This document shows positions 1 to 13,996 of a stretch of 64,000 bases of DNA, piece by piece. Each line of letters starts with the position of its first letter. Within the stretch, counting starts at the first letter, position 1. The stretch comes from Malacoraja senta. Its lineage: Eukaryota. The stretch is from the NCBI GenBank assembly GCA_038087875.1, contig JAXLNO010000600.1, positions 62,001-126,000 of the forward strand, written 5' to 3'. A model generated the notes under the pieces. It was not told the origin of the DNA and did not search any database. It worked only from the letters and a program-made list of their open reading frames with translations. The position numbers were made by a program, and so were the translations under genes.

Positions 1-959
1 AAGGTATGAGACGCAAGTCAGTTATGGTTGGCATTGGCTAATGTTTAAAGAATTAAGACAGAATTCATGACAAATATCCATCCCTGACCAGAATAACAAG
101 ATATAGTTTAGTTTAGAGATACAGCACGGAAACTGGCCCCTCGGCCCACCGAGTCCGCACCGACCAGCGGTCCTTGTGCACTAGGAAGAATAAGGGGTAA
201 GCCATTTAGAACGGAGACGAGGAAACACTTTTTCTCACAGAGAGTGGTGAGTCTGCGGAATTCTCTACCTCAGAGGGCGGTGGAGGCCGGTTCTCTGGAT
301 GCTTTCAAGAGAGAGCTAGATAGGACTCTTAAAAATAGCGGTGTCAGGGGATATGGGGAGAAGGCAGGAACGGGGTACTGATTGGGGATGATCAGCCATG
401 ATCACATTGAATGGCGGAGATGGCTCGAAGGGCCGAATGGCCTACACCTGCACATATTGTCTATTGTCTATTGTCTTGTACCATGGTGGTGGGTTGTTTT
501 TGTTTTATTCTGTTGTAAATACTAATTTAATATTTGAATAAATATTTTTGATTTAAAAATTTTAAAAATAAAAGAGTCGCCTGGGATGGCCGTCATCTTG
601 GATAATTGTGTCTGCATTCATACATGACACAGGAAAGTTCCTGAAATAGTTAACCTGTTCTCCTGGATTCCTTCATCCATGCACCACCCAGCAGTGGACC
701 GGGGGGGGGGGGGGGGGACAGTATTCTTGCAAAGATGACCCAATGATTCCTTGTTTAAGAACTGCGGATGCTGGAAGAATCGAAGGTAGACGTTTCGGGT
801 CTCGACCGAATGCTGCCTCACCCGCTGAGTTTCTCCAGCATTTTTGTCTACCCCGATGATTCCTACTCTGTTTTCTGACTGTTAACCAATCCTCAATCCG
901 CACCAACGTGTTACTTCCAGGAGAGATCGACTGATGTTTTTAGATATTAACGCACTAAT

Positions 960-1272
960 ACACGGTGGTGCAGCGGTAGAGTTGCTGCCTTACAGCGTTT
1001 ACAGCGCCGGAGACCCGGGTTCAATCCTGACTACGGGTGCTGTCTGTACGGAGTATTACGTTCTCCCTGTGACCTGCGTGGGTTTTTCTCTGAGATCATC
1101 GGTGTACCCCCACACTCCAAAGACGTACAGGTTTGTAGGTGAATTGGCTTGGTATAAGTGTACAATTGTCACTAGTGTGTGCAGGATAGTGTGAATGTGC
1201 AGTGATCGCTGGTCAGTGTGGACTCGGTGGGCTGAAGGGCCTTTCTCCGCACTGTATCTCTGAACTAAAGCT
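960..1272 (+). mobile_element. tRNA-derived V-SINE (HE1-like), representative of copies at about 17237-17445(-), 18592-18880(+), 25070-25300(-), 28655-28790(+), 33436-33570(+), 39595-40000(+), 51928-52230(+), 55270-55570(-) and 60648-60810(+)
   Basis: Box A/B head GGTGGCGCAGCGGTAGAG...GGGTTCGATCC and V-domain GGAGTTTGTACGTTCTCCCCGTGACCTGCGTGGGTTT...CCCACACTCCAAAGAC. Confidence 0.88.
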
Positions 1273-2330
1273 AAAGGGAAAAGAATCAAGGGATTTCAAA
1301 TTAGCGTTAATATTGAGAACTATATTCTCCACTCGGTATCTTCCCCTTTGCTCCAACTATTACACGTGAGTTTGACTTGATTGTATTAATGTAGTTTTAT
1401 CTAATCTAAAGAATGGGATACTCCTGCACCTATTGTCTATTGTTAAGACCCGTTGAGTTAGAAAATAGAATAGAAAATAGGTGCAGGAGGAGGCCATTCG
1501 GCCCTTCGAGCCAGCACTGCCATTCATTGTGATCATGGCTGATCATCCCCAAGAGTTACTCCAGCATTTTTGTGTCTATCTTTTCTATATTCTTCTATTC
1601 AGTTCTCTCTTACATTTATCCACCTTAAATAGACAATAGACAATAGCTGCAGGAGCAGGCCATTTGGCCCTTCGAGCCAGCACCGCCATTCAATGCGATC
1701 ATGGCTGATCATCCACAATCAGTACCCCGTTCCTGCCTTCTCCCCATATCCCCTGACTCCGTTATTTTTAAGAGCCCTACCTAGCTCTCTCTTGAAAGCA
1801 TCCAGAGTACCAGCCTCCACCGCCCTCTGAGGCAGAGAATTCCACAGACTCACCACTCTCTGTGAGAAAAAGTGTTTCCTCGTCTCCGTTCTAAATGGCT
1901 TACCCCTTATTCTTAAACTGTGGCCCCTGGTTCTGGACTCCCCCAACATCGGGAACATGTTTCCTGCCTTTAGTGTGTCCAAGCCCTTAACAATCGTACA
2001 TGTTTCAATGAGATTCCCCTCTCATCCTTCCAAACTCCAGAGTGCACAAGCCCAGCTGCTCCATTCTCTCAGCATATGACAGTCCCGCCATCCCGGGAAT
2101 TAACCTTGTAAACCTACGCTGCACTCCCTCAATAGCAATGACTTCACTAATCCTCTCAACAATTTCTGTGCGAGCGAGGCCCACATTCCCACAGAAAAAA
2201 TAAGCTTCACCCATTTTCATTCAATTTTGTACCAAAGGAAATGTCATAGGAAGGAACTGCAGAATGCCTCAGTCTTTTCCGAAAAGCTGCGGGATTTAGC
2301 CGCGGTAAGAGCGAGGATGAGCAGGATTAC

Positions 2331-2446
2331 CTTGCCTGTGAGTGGGTTGATGAGCTTGGCCGTACAGTCGACAGAACCCGTCAGCACCAGGCTTCCACTG
2401 TCGTTGGCAGTGATGCAGGTCAGAGGTCCCTGGTGACTATCCTGAC
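2331..2446 (-). CDS. AAMP: AAMP coding exon 7 (gene continues beyond the left edge)
   Basis: cttccctag| acceptor and |GTAATC donor; 116 nt. GQDSHQGPLTCITANDSGSLVLTGSVDCTAKLINPLTGK. All seven exons join in frame. Confidence 0.97.
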
Positions 2447-2928
2447 CTAGGGAAGAGGACAAGAGAGACGTGTGCTTTACATGGACAACTATCCACCCCG
2501 GCGAGTGAGTGAAACAGAGGGACAAGAACGAATAAAGGAATGCAAAAAGTAAACATAGAAAAATAGGTGCAGGAGTAGGCCATTCGGCCTTTCGAGCCAG
2601 GACCGCCATTTAATATGATCATGGCTGTACCCATTTCTTCCTTCTGCAGTTGTACAGGGCCCTAGTATCCAGAGAACCGGCCTCCATCGCCCTCTGAGGC
2701 CAGTGTGGGCAAGTTGGGCAAAAGGGCCGTATTTCCACACCTCTATGACTCCAGGATGGAACCTGGGTCTCTGGCGCTGTGAGGCAGCAGCAACTCTACC
2801 ATTGTGGGGAACTCTACCACATGGGGTGATCACTTCTGCGCTTCTACAGCCTCTACAACCCCCGTCTATGAGGGGAGGTATCACACGCGGAGCTGACCCA
2901 CTCAACGGGACCCGTCCTGTTGCGTTAC

Positions 2929-3009
2929 CTTTGACGTGAAGTGGCGATCCTTGCTTCAGGTCCCAGACCCTCACCGTTCCGTCCTCGTAGCCGACAACCG
3001 CTCGTTTCC
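2929..3009 (-). CDS. AAMP: AAMP coding exon 6
   Basis: tgtctccag| acceptor and |GTAAC donor; 81 nt. GKRAVVGYEDGTVRVWDLKQGSPLHVK, one residue shorter than human ...PIHVLK. Confidence 0.97.
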
Positions 3010-3165
3010 CTGGAGACAGAGCAAGAAACTTACGCTAAATAACAAACATTTGTCAGTTGTGCAGTTATCAACAGACAATAGACAATAGGTGCAGGAGTAG
3101 GCCTTTCGGCCCTTCGAGCCAGCACCGCCATTCAATGTGATCATGGCTGATCATCCCCAATCAGT

Positions 3166-4143
3166 AATAATAATAATAATAATCATTTTATTCACTGGCG
3201 CCTTTCTAAAACCCAAGGACACCTTACAATGCATAGAATCACAACAAAACAAAAAAAACACATAATCGGAATAAATTAAATTAAAAAAACACACCACAGT
3301 ACACAAATCAAGGACAGAATTCAATTTCAAAAGCACCAAAAGAAAATAAGAAACACAATTTGAGGAGAGAGCAGCGGCGACCAATTCGCGCCAGCGTCCA
3401 CTCTCCCCTCCGACCGCCATCTTGTACACGGACTGACAGGCACAGGCACAGGCACAGCACACAAAATCATCCCCCCACAATGACCACCACTGTGGGGGAA
3501 GGCACAATGTCCAGTCCCCAACCCAGTTCTCCCCAGAGTCAGGCCCAATGAGGCCTCCACAGTTGCCTCTACGGAGGCCCGATGCTCCTGGCCGTCGGGA
3601 GGGTCCTCGGAGCGGCTGGAACGGCCGGTTTCCCAGCGGAGTCCGTGGCACCTGAAGCCGACAGGGCCGCGCTGATTTGGAGCCACGAGGCTCCCGATGT
3701 TGGAGTCCGCGCCGCCGCCCGCAGCTGGTCGCTCCGCAGTCCCGCAGCCCGGAGGTGTTGAAGTCGGCGGTCCAGCTCACCGGAGCTCCAGCGCGTCGAT
3801 CCAGCGCGGCGACCCAGGCAAGGCATCGCCCGCTACGCTCCCCGATAGCGCTCCAGCGCTGTGCCGCCACCGAAGCTGAAGGTGCTGGGCGGTCCCCGTC
3901 AGGAAACGGCGCTCCATGCCCGCTGGTAGGCCACGAGGACGGGTCGACGAGGCAGCCTGGAGAAAAAGCTGCCTCACCGACCAGGTAGGGACCTAGAAAT
4001 AATTTCCCCCTTACCCCCCCACATTAAAAGTTTAAAAAAACCAAACAAAGAAATAAAAAACACTAAAACTAAAGAAACAGTGAATTTGACGGACGGCTGC
4101 TGTTTAGCTGTTTAGCAGCCGTTCCTCCAAGATGGCGGCTCCC
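3166..4143 (-). mobile_element. GC-rich non-autonomous retroelement with an L2-type 3' tail
   Basis: Minus-strand tail TTGTAAGGTGTCCTTGGG...AAAGGCGCC...AATAAAATG(ATT)n. 5' end carries a YY1-like GCCGCCATCTTG motif. Splits a CR1 tail. Confidence 0.55.
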
Positions 4144-4699
4144 ATCTATGTACCCCGTTCCTGCCTTCTCCCCATATCCCCTGACTCCGCTATCATTAAG
4201 AGCCCTATCTAGCTCTCTCTTGAAACCATCCAGAGAACCCCACCGCCCTCTGAGGCAGAGAATTCCACAGACTCACCACTCTCTGTGAGAAAAAGTGTTT
4301 CCTCGTCTCCGTTCTAAATGGCTTACTCCTTGTTCTTAAAATGTGGCCCCTGGTTCTGGACTCCCCCAACATCGGGAACATGTTTCCTGCCTCTAGCGTG
4401 TCCAAGCCCTTAACAATCTTATATGTTTCAATGAGATTCCCTCTCATCCTTCTAAACTCCAGAGTGTACAAGCCCAGCTGCTCCATTCTCTCAGCATATG
4501 ACAGTCCCGCCATCCCGGGAATTAACCTTGTAAACCTACGCTGCACTCCCTCAATAGCAAGAATGTCCTTCCTCAAATTAGGGGACCAAAACTGCACACA
4601 ACACTCCAGGTGTGGTCTCACTGGTGTCCTGGTGTGTGAGTCCACCATCACCACCAATTCTGCTCCCTCAAGTGTTGGCTACGTTTTAGCGCCAAGCTC

Positions 4700-4962
4700 C
4701 TGATATTTGGGCACCCGATGCAGAGGGGGGAGGGAAGGGGGGGTGGGACGGGGGGATCTGCTCCTGGGCCTGGGCAAGATGGCCATCCACGGCTCCAGGC
4801 AGCGGGTAGTCGGTTACCTGCCCCTATTCCGGGCCTCCGTCCGTGCGCGCGTGTCCCTGGAGAGGGAACACGCGGTGTCCACGGGGACTCTGGAGGCCGT
4901 CCGTGAACGCTGGTCGCCGCAGGGGGGGTTGAGTGCATGGTTGATAAAGTTGGCGATATATC
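4700..4962 (+). mobile_element. Tx1-like LINE ORF2 C-terminal fragment
   Basis: LLLGLGKMAIHGSR...LFRASVRARVSLEREHA...LEAVRERW. Confidence 0.6.
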
Positions 4963-5543
4963 AATTTGATTCTCCTTCTGTCGTATGTCTTTTAGACCTG
5001 CACCTCCGTTGAGGCGAGCCAGGCCAACGTGTCATCGTCCAGGTCAATCAGACCTCGTTCACCATTCGGTGGCCGGTGTTTGGGGCAACTGGTGACTGTG
5101 TGCTCCACTGTCTGTGTTGGGTCCCCACACTCGCAGGAGGCGCTGTCCACGAGGCCCCACCTCTTCATCGCTACTCCATAGCGTCCGACGCCTATGCTAT
5201 TAAGGGAGTGCAGCGTAGGTTTACCAGGTTAATTCCCAGGATGGCAGGACTGTCATATGCTGAGAGAATGGAGCAGCTGGGCTTGTACACTCTGGAGTTT
5301 TCGCACAGAGAGTGGTGAGTCTGTGGATTTCTCTGCCTCAGAAGGCAGTGGAGGCAGGTTCTCCGGATGCTTTCAAGAGAGAGCTAGATAGGGCTCTTAA
5401 AAATTGCGGAGTCAGTGGATATGGGGAGAAGGCAGGAACGGGGTACTGATTGTGGATGATCAGCCTTGATCACATTGAATGGCGGTGCTGGCTCAAAGGG
5501 CCGAATGGCCTACTCCTGCACCTATTGTCTATGTTGTCTATTG

Positions 5544-5812
5544 TCTGTCCTCAAGCGGTTGAGGGTTGTCCATTGCTTTCGGGGGCAGGTCCTGGCCAGG
5601 GACGTCCATGGGGTCATCGATGTAATGGTGTAGCCTAGATGGTTCCGCTGACTTCCACTGGTCTCTCCATCTCGTCTTGACCCAGGCAGCCTTGGAAGCG
5701 TCAGCCGGTGTTGTGCAGAGCAACTCTTGGGCTTGCTTGGCAAAGGGGCGCCGTGACTTGAGGCGTTATCAATTTGATGACTGATTGTTTGGAAAACTGC
5801 CAATATAGGCAG
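5544..5812 (-). mobile_element. I-group (Ingi/Vingi-like) LINE fragment
   Basis: Frameshifted ...PGQDLP/RKQWTTLNRLRT motif. Confidence 0.55.
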
Positions 5813-6633
5813 CCTTTGATCGTGTTAATACTTTGTATGCTTGTTTTTGTTTTCTGTATAAAAGTATTTTGAATTTTTTTTTTTTTTTTTATAAACCAGC
5901 ATTCAATAATCCTTCCTTAACAGCAGCATGCAATGGCAGAACGTGGACGCTGGCCCTTACACACTGGAGGGCAATTTACTAAGGACAATTAACACTTAAA
6001 CCCACAGGTCTTTGGAGTGTGGATCTGGATCTGTGGAATTCTTTGCCACAGACAGCGGTGGAGGCCAAGTCAGTGTATATTTTTAAGTCAGGGATAGATA
6101 GATTCTTGATTAGACAATAGGTGCAGGAGTAGGCCATTTGGCCAGCACCGCCATTCAATGTTATCATGGCTGATCATCCACAATCAGTGCCCCGTTCCTG
6201 CCTTCATATCCCTTGACTCCGCTATCCCTAAGAGCTCTATCTAACTCTCTCTTGAAAGCATCCAGAGAACCGGCCTCCACTGCCCTCTGTACGAGTGTCA
6301 GAGGTTATGGGAGAAGGCAGGAGAATGGGGTTAGGAGGGAGAGATAGATCAGCCATGATTAAATGGCGGAGTAGACTTGATGGGCCGAGAGGCCTAATTC
6401 TGCTCCTATCACATATGGCCTTATGTGGGAGTACCCGGAGAAAACCCAGGCGGACACAGGGAGAACGTACAAACTCCGTACAGACAGCACCCGTAGTCAG
6501 GATCGATCGCGGGTCTCCGGCAATTCTACCGCTGCACCATCGTGTCATGCTGTGTTTTGCGGAGGATTCCTGCAGATTCCGCCGATTCAAACAACTGCAG
6601 ATGCTGGTTTACACCGAAGTTAGACACTAAAAG

Positions 6634-7379
6634 TAGCGTTGTTACAATCCCTGCCATCAGTGGCGCTCTAGATCTGCCCACTGCTGTATGCGCGACTCGA
6701 GAGGCTTGAGGGGGGAGTAAACTACGGGTATTTCATTGGTCGTCAGGGAGGGATTTCCTCGTAGGACAAGCTAATGACGTAGAGGAAATCTCGTTCTGTC
6801 ATCCCGTCCACGTTTTTTTCCAACACGTCTACTGAATCGCTGGATTTGAAAGTCGGGCTCAACTTCAACGCCTTCAAAATCACAGATCGCAAGTTCAGGA
6901 CAAAACAAAAGGTATGAAGGACGTTTATTTAACATCTTATCTAGTTTTTGGTGTCATTCAATTTTAATCTGGTGATGCAAAATAAGTTAATTAGGCCCCG
7001 ATATCGGCAACATGATCAGTATCCGTATTTTGTGTAATTGTCTATCCGTGATCACTATTTTCATACTAAATATCTGACTAAAAACCTCCACAGTGCATAC
7101 AGATCGGATTGTGGCCGCCGCCATATTGAACATGATCGATCTGTATGTATGTCTGTGTAAAACGGCCCTTGCCCTCGATCACAGCTTTTGTGTTAAGTTA
7201 ATGGGAAAACAATAGGGAACAAGATGCTAATATCCGAGTATGAAAATGACCATAACTTTTTTAATACTGAAGATATGAAAGTGAATTAGGTGTCAAATTT
7301 AAAGTTCTTTTTATGCTTTATCTAATGGGATAAATCACTGGCTTGATTTTTAACATCTAAAAATGTTGTAACATCCCTA
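6634..7379. mobile_element. Non-autonomous TIR DNA element (hAT-like termini)
   Basis: Imperfect TIRs TAGCGTTGTTACAA / TTGTAACATCCCTA and an approximate 7-8 bp TSD. Its 3' part recurs at about 38895-39098. Confidence 0.7.
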
Positions 7380-8513
7380 CAAAAAGCTGCCGTGACTCAG
7401 CGGGTCAGGCAGCATCTCTGGAGCAAAGAAATGGGTGACGGTGTGGGTGGAGACCACGTCTTCAGACTGAGAGTCAGGGGAAAGGAAAACAAGAGATAGA
7501 GACGGTGATATAGAGAGAGAGAATAAATGAAAGATATGCAAAAAGTAACAATGATCAAGGAAAAGTGGAGCTCAATGGTCCATATTTGGCAGTGTGCTAG
7601 CTGATAATGAGTTTTATAGTGAAACTCAACAGGATAACAATGAAACTAGTACGACAACTAGGGTGGGGGAGCGACAGAGAGAGAGGGGATGCAAGGGTTT
7701 CTTGAAGTTAGTGAAATCAATGTTCATACCGCTGGGGTGTAAACTCCCCCAGGAAAATATGAGGCGCTGTTCCTCCAATTTGCTCTGGGCCTCACTCTAA
7801 CAATGGAGGCTGCCCTGGATAGAAAGGTCAGTGTGGGAATGCTTGGCAACTGGGAGATCAGGTAGGTTTAGGCAGATTGAGCAGAGTTGTTCACCAAGCC
7901 TGAACTTGGTGTGAACTGTGAAACATGCAGGAAGCATGTTCCCGATGTTGGGGGAGTCCAGAACCAGGGGCCACAGTTTAAGAATAAGGAGTAAGCCATT
8001 TAGAACGGAGACGAGGAAACACTTTTTCTCACAGAGAGTGGTGAGTCTGTGGAATTCTCTGCCTCAGAGGGCGGTGGAGGCAGGTTCTCTGGATACTTTC
8101 AAGAAAGAGCTAGATAGGGCTCTTAAAAATAGCAGAGTCAGGGGATATGGGGAGAAGGCAGGAACGGGGTGCTAATTGGGGATGATCAGCCATGATCACA
8201 TTGAATGGCAGTGCTGGCTCGAAGGGCTAAATGGCCTACTCCTGCACCTATTGTCTATTGGTCTCGCCGATGTTTAAGAGTCCACATCGGAAACAGCGCA
8301 CACAGTAGATGAGGTTGGAGGAGGTGCAAGTGAACCTTTGCCTCACCTGATTTCTAACATTTTCTGCTTTGTGCTTCACCTCACAACAGTAGCTCCTTTA
8401 CTGTGAAAACTTTCCTGGTGCCTCAGCAACCGTGCTGCCCTCATCTGACAGCAACCCTGGAGCCAAAGCCCCACAGAGAGGGTATAACCCACCCTCTAGC
8501 ACCCTGAACTCAC

Positions 8514-8658
8514 CATCAGCCAGGAACTTGCCACAGGTCGCTTGGCACCCGGTGCCTGGGAACGTTTTGCATTCTCCGCTGGGCACTTTCCACATCCAGC
8601 AGCTGCCCTCATCCGTGCCCGCTAGCAGTACATGGGCACAGGGATGCCACTCGACCCA
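8514..8658 (-). CDS. AAMP: AAMP coding exon 5
   Basis: tttgcccag| acceptor and |GTGAG donor; 145 nt. [48 protein letters not shown]. Confidence 0.97.
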
Positions 8659-8717
8659 CTGGGCAAAGGAAAGAAAGGGCAGATAGTTTCGTCAGCCTAT
8701 AGAATCCTTCCTAAATG

Positions 8718-9098
8718 ATCTATCTATCTATTACTAAAACTCTCATCTTGTTTGTTTGTTCACGAAACTCCGCAAAAACGGCACACAATAACGTGACAAT
8801 TTTAGGCCCACCTTACTCACCATTGTCCTGTGATGTGCATTAAACAAGTTTCGTTCAGATTGATGTTATATTTTACAGGTTATTGACATTTTAAACTTTA
8901 ATAAACGTCACAGTCGCGCTCCCGCTTGCCGGCCGCATCTGCGCAGTTGGGAGGGTTGCCGTGACTCGCGTCACAACGGGGATCTCTGGCGTCACAACGG
9001 GAACCCGTCAACCGTGCCTGTGCAGTTCGGGGCTATGGGTGAGTGGTGGAACATTGCGTTGGGGACGGGGACCCAACGGGTTCGCACTTGGTATAATC
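8718..9098 (+). mobile_element. Putative non-autonomous Helitron
   Basis: 5' TCTATTACTAAAA start, degenerate subterminal hairpin GGGACCCAACGGGTTCG and a decayed CTAG-like end. Similar 3' ends at about 13495-13512 and 37632-37672. Confidence 0.5.
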
Positions 9099-9960
9099 TA
9101 AAATGGAGCAAAGCAGAAACCCAATGAAGAAAGTGGCTGTGCCATCTCCTCAAACATTTCTCAACAGCAGAAATAATACCGCCCCCACTGGTACTGTACC
9201 CCAGTGTTATACACAGACCCGTCCCCACCAATACTAAATTGCACATTGTATATAATGTATACATTCCCCAAAGTATACACTGACGAGCTATATCCACTGC
9301 TCTGTCTATCAACAGTTTCTGCTCAGGTATAGCATACATTCAGGTATCACTGCAAGTAAGAATTTACCGGTACTCGCTGGAGTTTAGAAGAATGAGGGGA
9401 GACCTCATTGAAACATATAGAATAGTGAAAGGCTTGGAGAGAGTAGATGTGGAGAGGATATTTCCACTAGTGGGAGAGTCTAGGACCAGAGGTCACACCT
9501 TCAGGCCATTCTTTTAGGAAGGAGATGAGGAGGAATTTCTTTAGTCAGAGGGTGGTGAATCTGTGGAATTCATTGCAACAAAAAGCTGTGGAGGGCGTCA
9601 TGGATATTTTTAAGGCAGAGATAGATTCTTGATTAGCACGGGTGTCAGGGGTTGTGGGGGGAAGGCAGGAGAATGGGGTTAGGAGTCAAAGTCAAAGTCA
9701 ATTTTATTTGGCACCTGCACCTGAAGGTGCAGTGAAATGAATTTGCCAGCAGCGATACACTTAAAAAGAACACACAATACACAATAAAATTTAACACAAA
9801 CATCCACCACAGCAATCTTCACTGTGGTGGATGGCAACAAAGTTCAGCCAGCCAGTCAGAGATAGATCAGCCATGATTGAATGGCAGAGTAGACTTGATG
9901 GGCCGACTGGCCTAATTCTGCTCCTATCACTTATGACTGCTGTCTCTGGACATTCATTAC

Positions 9961-10100
9961 CTGCATGTCGCCCACTTCGAAGGACCAGATTTGCTCCTTG
10001 CTTTCAACATCCCAGACTTTGATTAAGCCGCTCATGTCACCTGTTACAACCAACGTTGAATCATGACTGAAGGAAGCGGAGATGACAGAATCGTTGTGGC
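9961..10100 (-). CDS. AAMP: AAMP coding exon 4
   Basis: ccttcag| acceptor and |GTAATG donor; 140 nt. [47 protein letters not shown], a WD40 repeat. Confidence 0.97.
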
Positions 10101-10216
10101 CTGAAGGACAGATGAATCGCTGATGAAACACCACAGTGGGCAACCAGCAGCCTTGCTGCTGCTCCCCTCCTCTACAATCTTATGCATGACTCTGCAAGAC
10201 GCCCGCATTAGTGAAC

Positions 10217-10528
10217 TGTAGACATACACCAGACACAGTATGTGATTCAAGTTCATCTTTAATCAGCACTGAGACTTTAACAGCATAAAGGATGGTTGGT
10301 TGTCAGTACATCCTAGCTGCTCGAACTGAACCGTGCTGGAAGCAAGTGTTAGTATAAGTGTTACAGTGGGGTGGAGTTAGTGATGCTGGCTTGTGTGTGA
10401 TTGGTTGACAGGCATCATCAATCTACATCCTTCCCCCTAAAGACTAAGTGTAGAAGGGCACCCATGCCATGGAGTTAAACATACTCGCCATATCTGTCTG
10501 GTGGTCTACTAACACGGCCCGAGCGCGA
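10217..10528 (-). mobile_element. Gypsy-type LTR retrotransposon 3' remnant (pol end, PPT, 211-bp LTR)
   Basis: Minus strand reads RSGRVSRPPDRYGEYV*, followed by PPT AGGGGGAAGGA and an LTR bounded by TGTAGA...TCTACA (10217-10427). Confidence 0.75.
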
Positions 10529-13500
10529 TTGACACAAAGTGCTGGAGTAACCCAGCGGATCAGGCTGCAGCATCTCTGGAGAAAAAGGATGGGTGACGTT
10601 TTGGGTCAGAACCCTTCTTCTTCATCTGAAGAAGGGTCCCGACCCTAAACGTCATCTATCCGCCTTCTCCAGAGATGCTGTCTGACCTGCTGAGTTAGTC
10701 CAGCACTTGATGTTTATCTTTGGTGTAAGCCATCATCTGAAGTTCTTTCTTTCTACATCTTGGTCTTAGAAACATAGATAGAAACATAGAAAATAGGTGC
10801 AGGAGGAGGCCATTCGGCCCTTCGAGCCAGCACCACCAATCATTGTGATCATGGCTGATCGTCCCCTATCAATAACCCGTGCCTGCCTTCTCCCCATATC
10901 CATTGACTCCACTAGCCCCTAGAGCTCTATCTAACTCTCTCTTAAATCCATACAGTGACTCCACTGCCCTCTGTGGAAGGGAATTCCATAAATTCACAAC
11001 TCTCTGGGTGACATTTTTTTTCTCACCTCAGTCTTAAATGACTTCCCCTTTATTCTAAGACTGTGGCCCCCTGGTTCTGGACTCACCCACATTGGGAACA
11101 TGTTTCCTGCATCTAGCTTGTCCAGTCCTTTTATAATTTTATATGTTTCTATAATGTATTCTTTAGTCATTCTAGTAAAAGTGCTTTGGAGAGGGTGCAG
11201 AGGAAGTTTACCAGAATGCTGCCTGGATTAGAGAGCATTAGCTATACAGGGAGAGATTGGACAGACACTGGAACGCTGCAGGTTGCAGAGACCTGATAGA
11301 AGCACATAGAATGATGAAAGGCATAGATAGGGCAGATAGTTAAAACCTTTTTCTCAAGGTGGAAATGTCAAGGTGTTCTTGACATTTAACCAAGGCTTTT
11401 CACTGAATCTTGCTACATGTTCAGAAGTTCTAGGAGTAGATTAGGCAATTCGGCACATCAAGTCAAGTCCGCCATTCGATCATGGCTGATCTATCTCCCT
11501 CCTAGCCCCATTCTCCTGCCTTCTCCCCATAACCCCTGACACCCGTACTAGGGGTATCTTTAAGATTAAGGGGTAAGCCATTTAGAACGGAGACGAGGAA
11601 ACACTTTTTCTCACAGAGAGTTGTGAGTCTGTGGAGGCCGGTTCTCTGGATACTTTCAAGAGAGAGCTAGATAGGGCTCTTAAAGATAGCAGAGTCAGAG
11701 GATACGGGGAGAAGGCAGGAACGGGGTACTGATTGGGGATGATTAGCCACGATCACATTGAATGGCGGTGCTGGCTCAAAGGGCCGAATGGCCTACTCCT
11801 GCACCTGTTGTCTATTGTCAAAGACTAAAGGGAAGAGGTTTATCGTGAGAGGGGCAAAGTTTAAAGGAGATATCCAGGGTGATTACACAGAGGGTGGTGG
11901 GTGCCTGGAACGCGCTGCCAGGGGTGGGGGTGGAGGCAGATACGATAGTGGTGTTTAAGAGGCTTTTGGATAGGCACATGGATATGCAGGGAATGGAGGG
12001 ATATGGATCACGCGCAGGCAGAGAGTTGTTCTTGGCATCATGTTCAGCCCTGCCCGCCCACGCATCTGTCTAATTGCCTCAAACGTTAAAGCAGATTCTT
12101 CATTAGTGCGGGTGTCAGGGGTTATGGGGAGAAGGTGGAAGAATGGGGTTGAGAGGGAGAGATAGATCAGCCATGATCGAATGGTAGCGCATACTCGATG
12201 GGCCAAATGGCCTAATTACGATCTCATGATCTTTCCCATTGTATCTGCTTCCAGCACCCCCAAAATGTATCTAACTATTTGTCTATTTTGTTTAATACAT
12301 ACTGAACTTTTTTTGGTGTTTATTATGAATGACCGAATGAATGAATACGTTTATTGGCCAAGTATGTACACATACAAGGAATTTGCCTTGGTGCTCCACC
12401 CGCAAGTGACAACACGACATACAGTGAACAATTAAGAATAAAACATAAAAACATTAAAACATTAAGAATAAAAACATGTTTATACATGTGAATGAAATAA
12501 AATACCAGAGCAAAAGGAGGCTACAGATTTTTGGTTATTGAGTAGAGCTACTACTCGTGGAAAAAAACTGTTTTTATGTCTGGTTGTGGCAGCTTTGACA
12601 GTCCGGAGTTGCCTTCCAGAGGGAAGTGATTCAAAGAGTTTGTGGCCAGGGTGAGAGGGGTCAGAGATGATCTTGCCCGCTCGCTTCCTGGCCCTTGCAG
12701 TGTACAGTTCATCAATGGAGGGAAGGTTGCAGCCAATAACCTTCTCAGCTGATCGGACGATTCGCTGCAGTCTCCAGGTGTCGTGCTTGGTGGCTGAGCC
12801 AAACCAGACCATGATGGAGAAGTTGAGGACAGAGATATATCTAAATAACAGTTGCGCTGCCGCACGTAGTTGCAAATTCAATGGATATTTTTAAGGCAGA
12901 GAATGGGTGTCAAAGGTATGGAGAGAAGGCAGGAAAATGGGATTAGGAGGCAGAGATCAGCCATGATTGAATGGCGGAGTGGACTCCATGGGCCGAATGG
13001 CTTAATTTTACTCCCATAACTTGTGAACTTGGAATTTCATTCTTCCATTTTGGGTCATATGATAATCTCTCGCTCCCCCCCCCTCTGACCCCCCTCCAGC
13101 CACCCTCCCCACTCCCCCTCCCTTTGCCCCCCCCTCTCGCCCCTCTGCCCCTCCACCCTTCTGCACTCCCTGCACCTCACCCTCCCGTCCCCCTCCTCCC
13201 TTCCCCTTACTCTCCCCTCCTCTCTCTCCCCCTTCCTCCCCACTCCCCCCCTCCCTCCCCCCCACTCCTCCCCTCTCCTCTCTCTCCCCCCTTCCCCCCC
13301 CTCTCTCCCCCCTCGTCTCTCCCCCTCAGCCCCCCCTCCCCCTCTTCCCTCCCTCCCCCTCTTCCCTCCCTCCCCTTACCTCCACCTCCTTTTCCCCCAC
13401 TCCCCCCCTGCTCCCCCCTCTGTGTGTGTGTGGGGGGGGGGGGGTGGTTAGTGTGTGTGTGACGCCGCAGGCCCCCCCCCCTCAACTGCACATTGAGGGG

Positions 13501-13996
13501 ACGGGACCCAACGTATGATAACAAAACACTATTAATTTGGCCAGATTCACTCAATGGCCAGAGTGAGTCCCACCGCAAATCGGAGGAGCAGCACCTCATA
13601 TTTTGCTTGGGCAGTTTACACCTCAGCGGTTGACTTCTCCAATTTCAGGTAGTCCCTGCTTGCTCCCTCCTTCCCAGCTCTCCCACAGCCCACTGTCTCC
13701 GCCTCTTCCTTTCTTCTTGCCCCCCCCCATCAGTCTGAAGAAGGGTCTCGACCCGAAACGTTGCCTATTCCTTCCCTCCATAGATGCTGCCTCAGCTGCT
13801 GAGTTTCTCCAGCATTTTTGTCTACCTTGATTTTTTTAACAGTGCATTCCTGGCTCGTAGCAGTCTGTGCAATATAAAATTGGCCTCTAAAATCACCTTC
13901 AAGCTTTTCCTCTCACTTGAACGTGCGCCCTCTAGTGTGTGTCCTGGGGAAGAGACTGCGATTGTCGAACTACAATGCAACTGTGAACGCAGTTAC

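Noticed and set aside
3151..3988. GC-rich overlapping ORFs as a gene or CpG-island promoter
   Set aside because: They lie inside an inserted retroelement with an L2-type tail that splits a CR1 3' end.
6650..6668. CTCF-like CCATCAGTGGCGC
   Set aside because: One base short of the core spacing and located within a transposon end.
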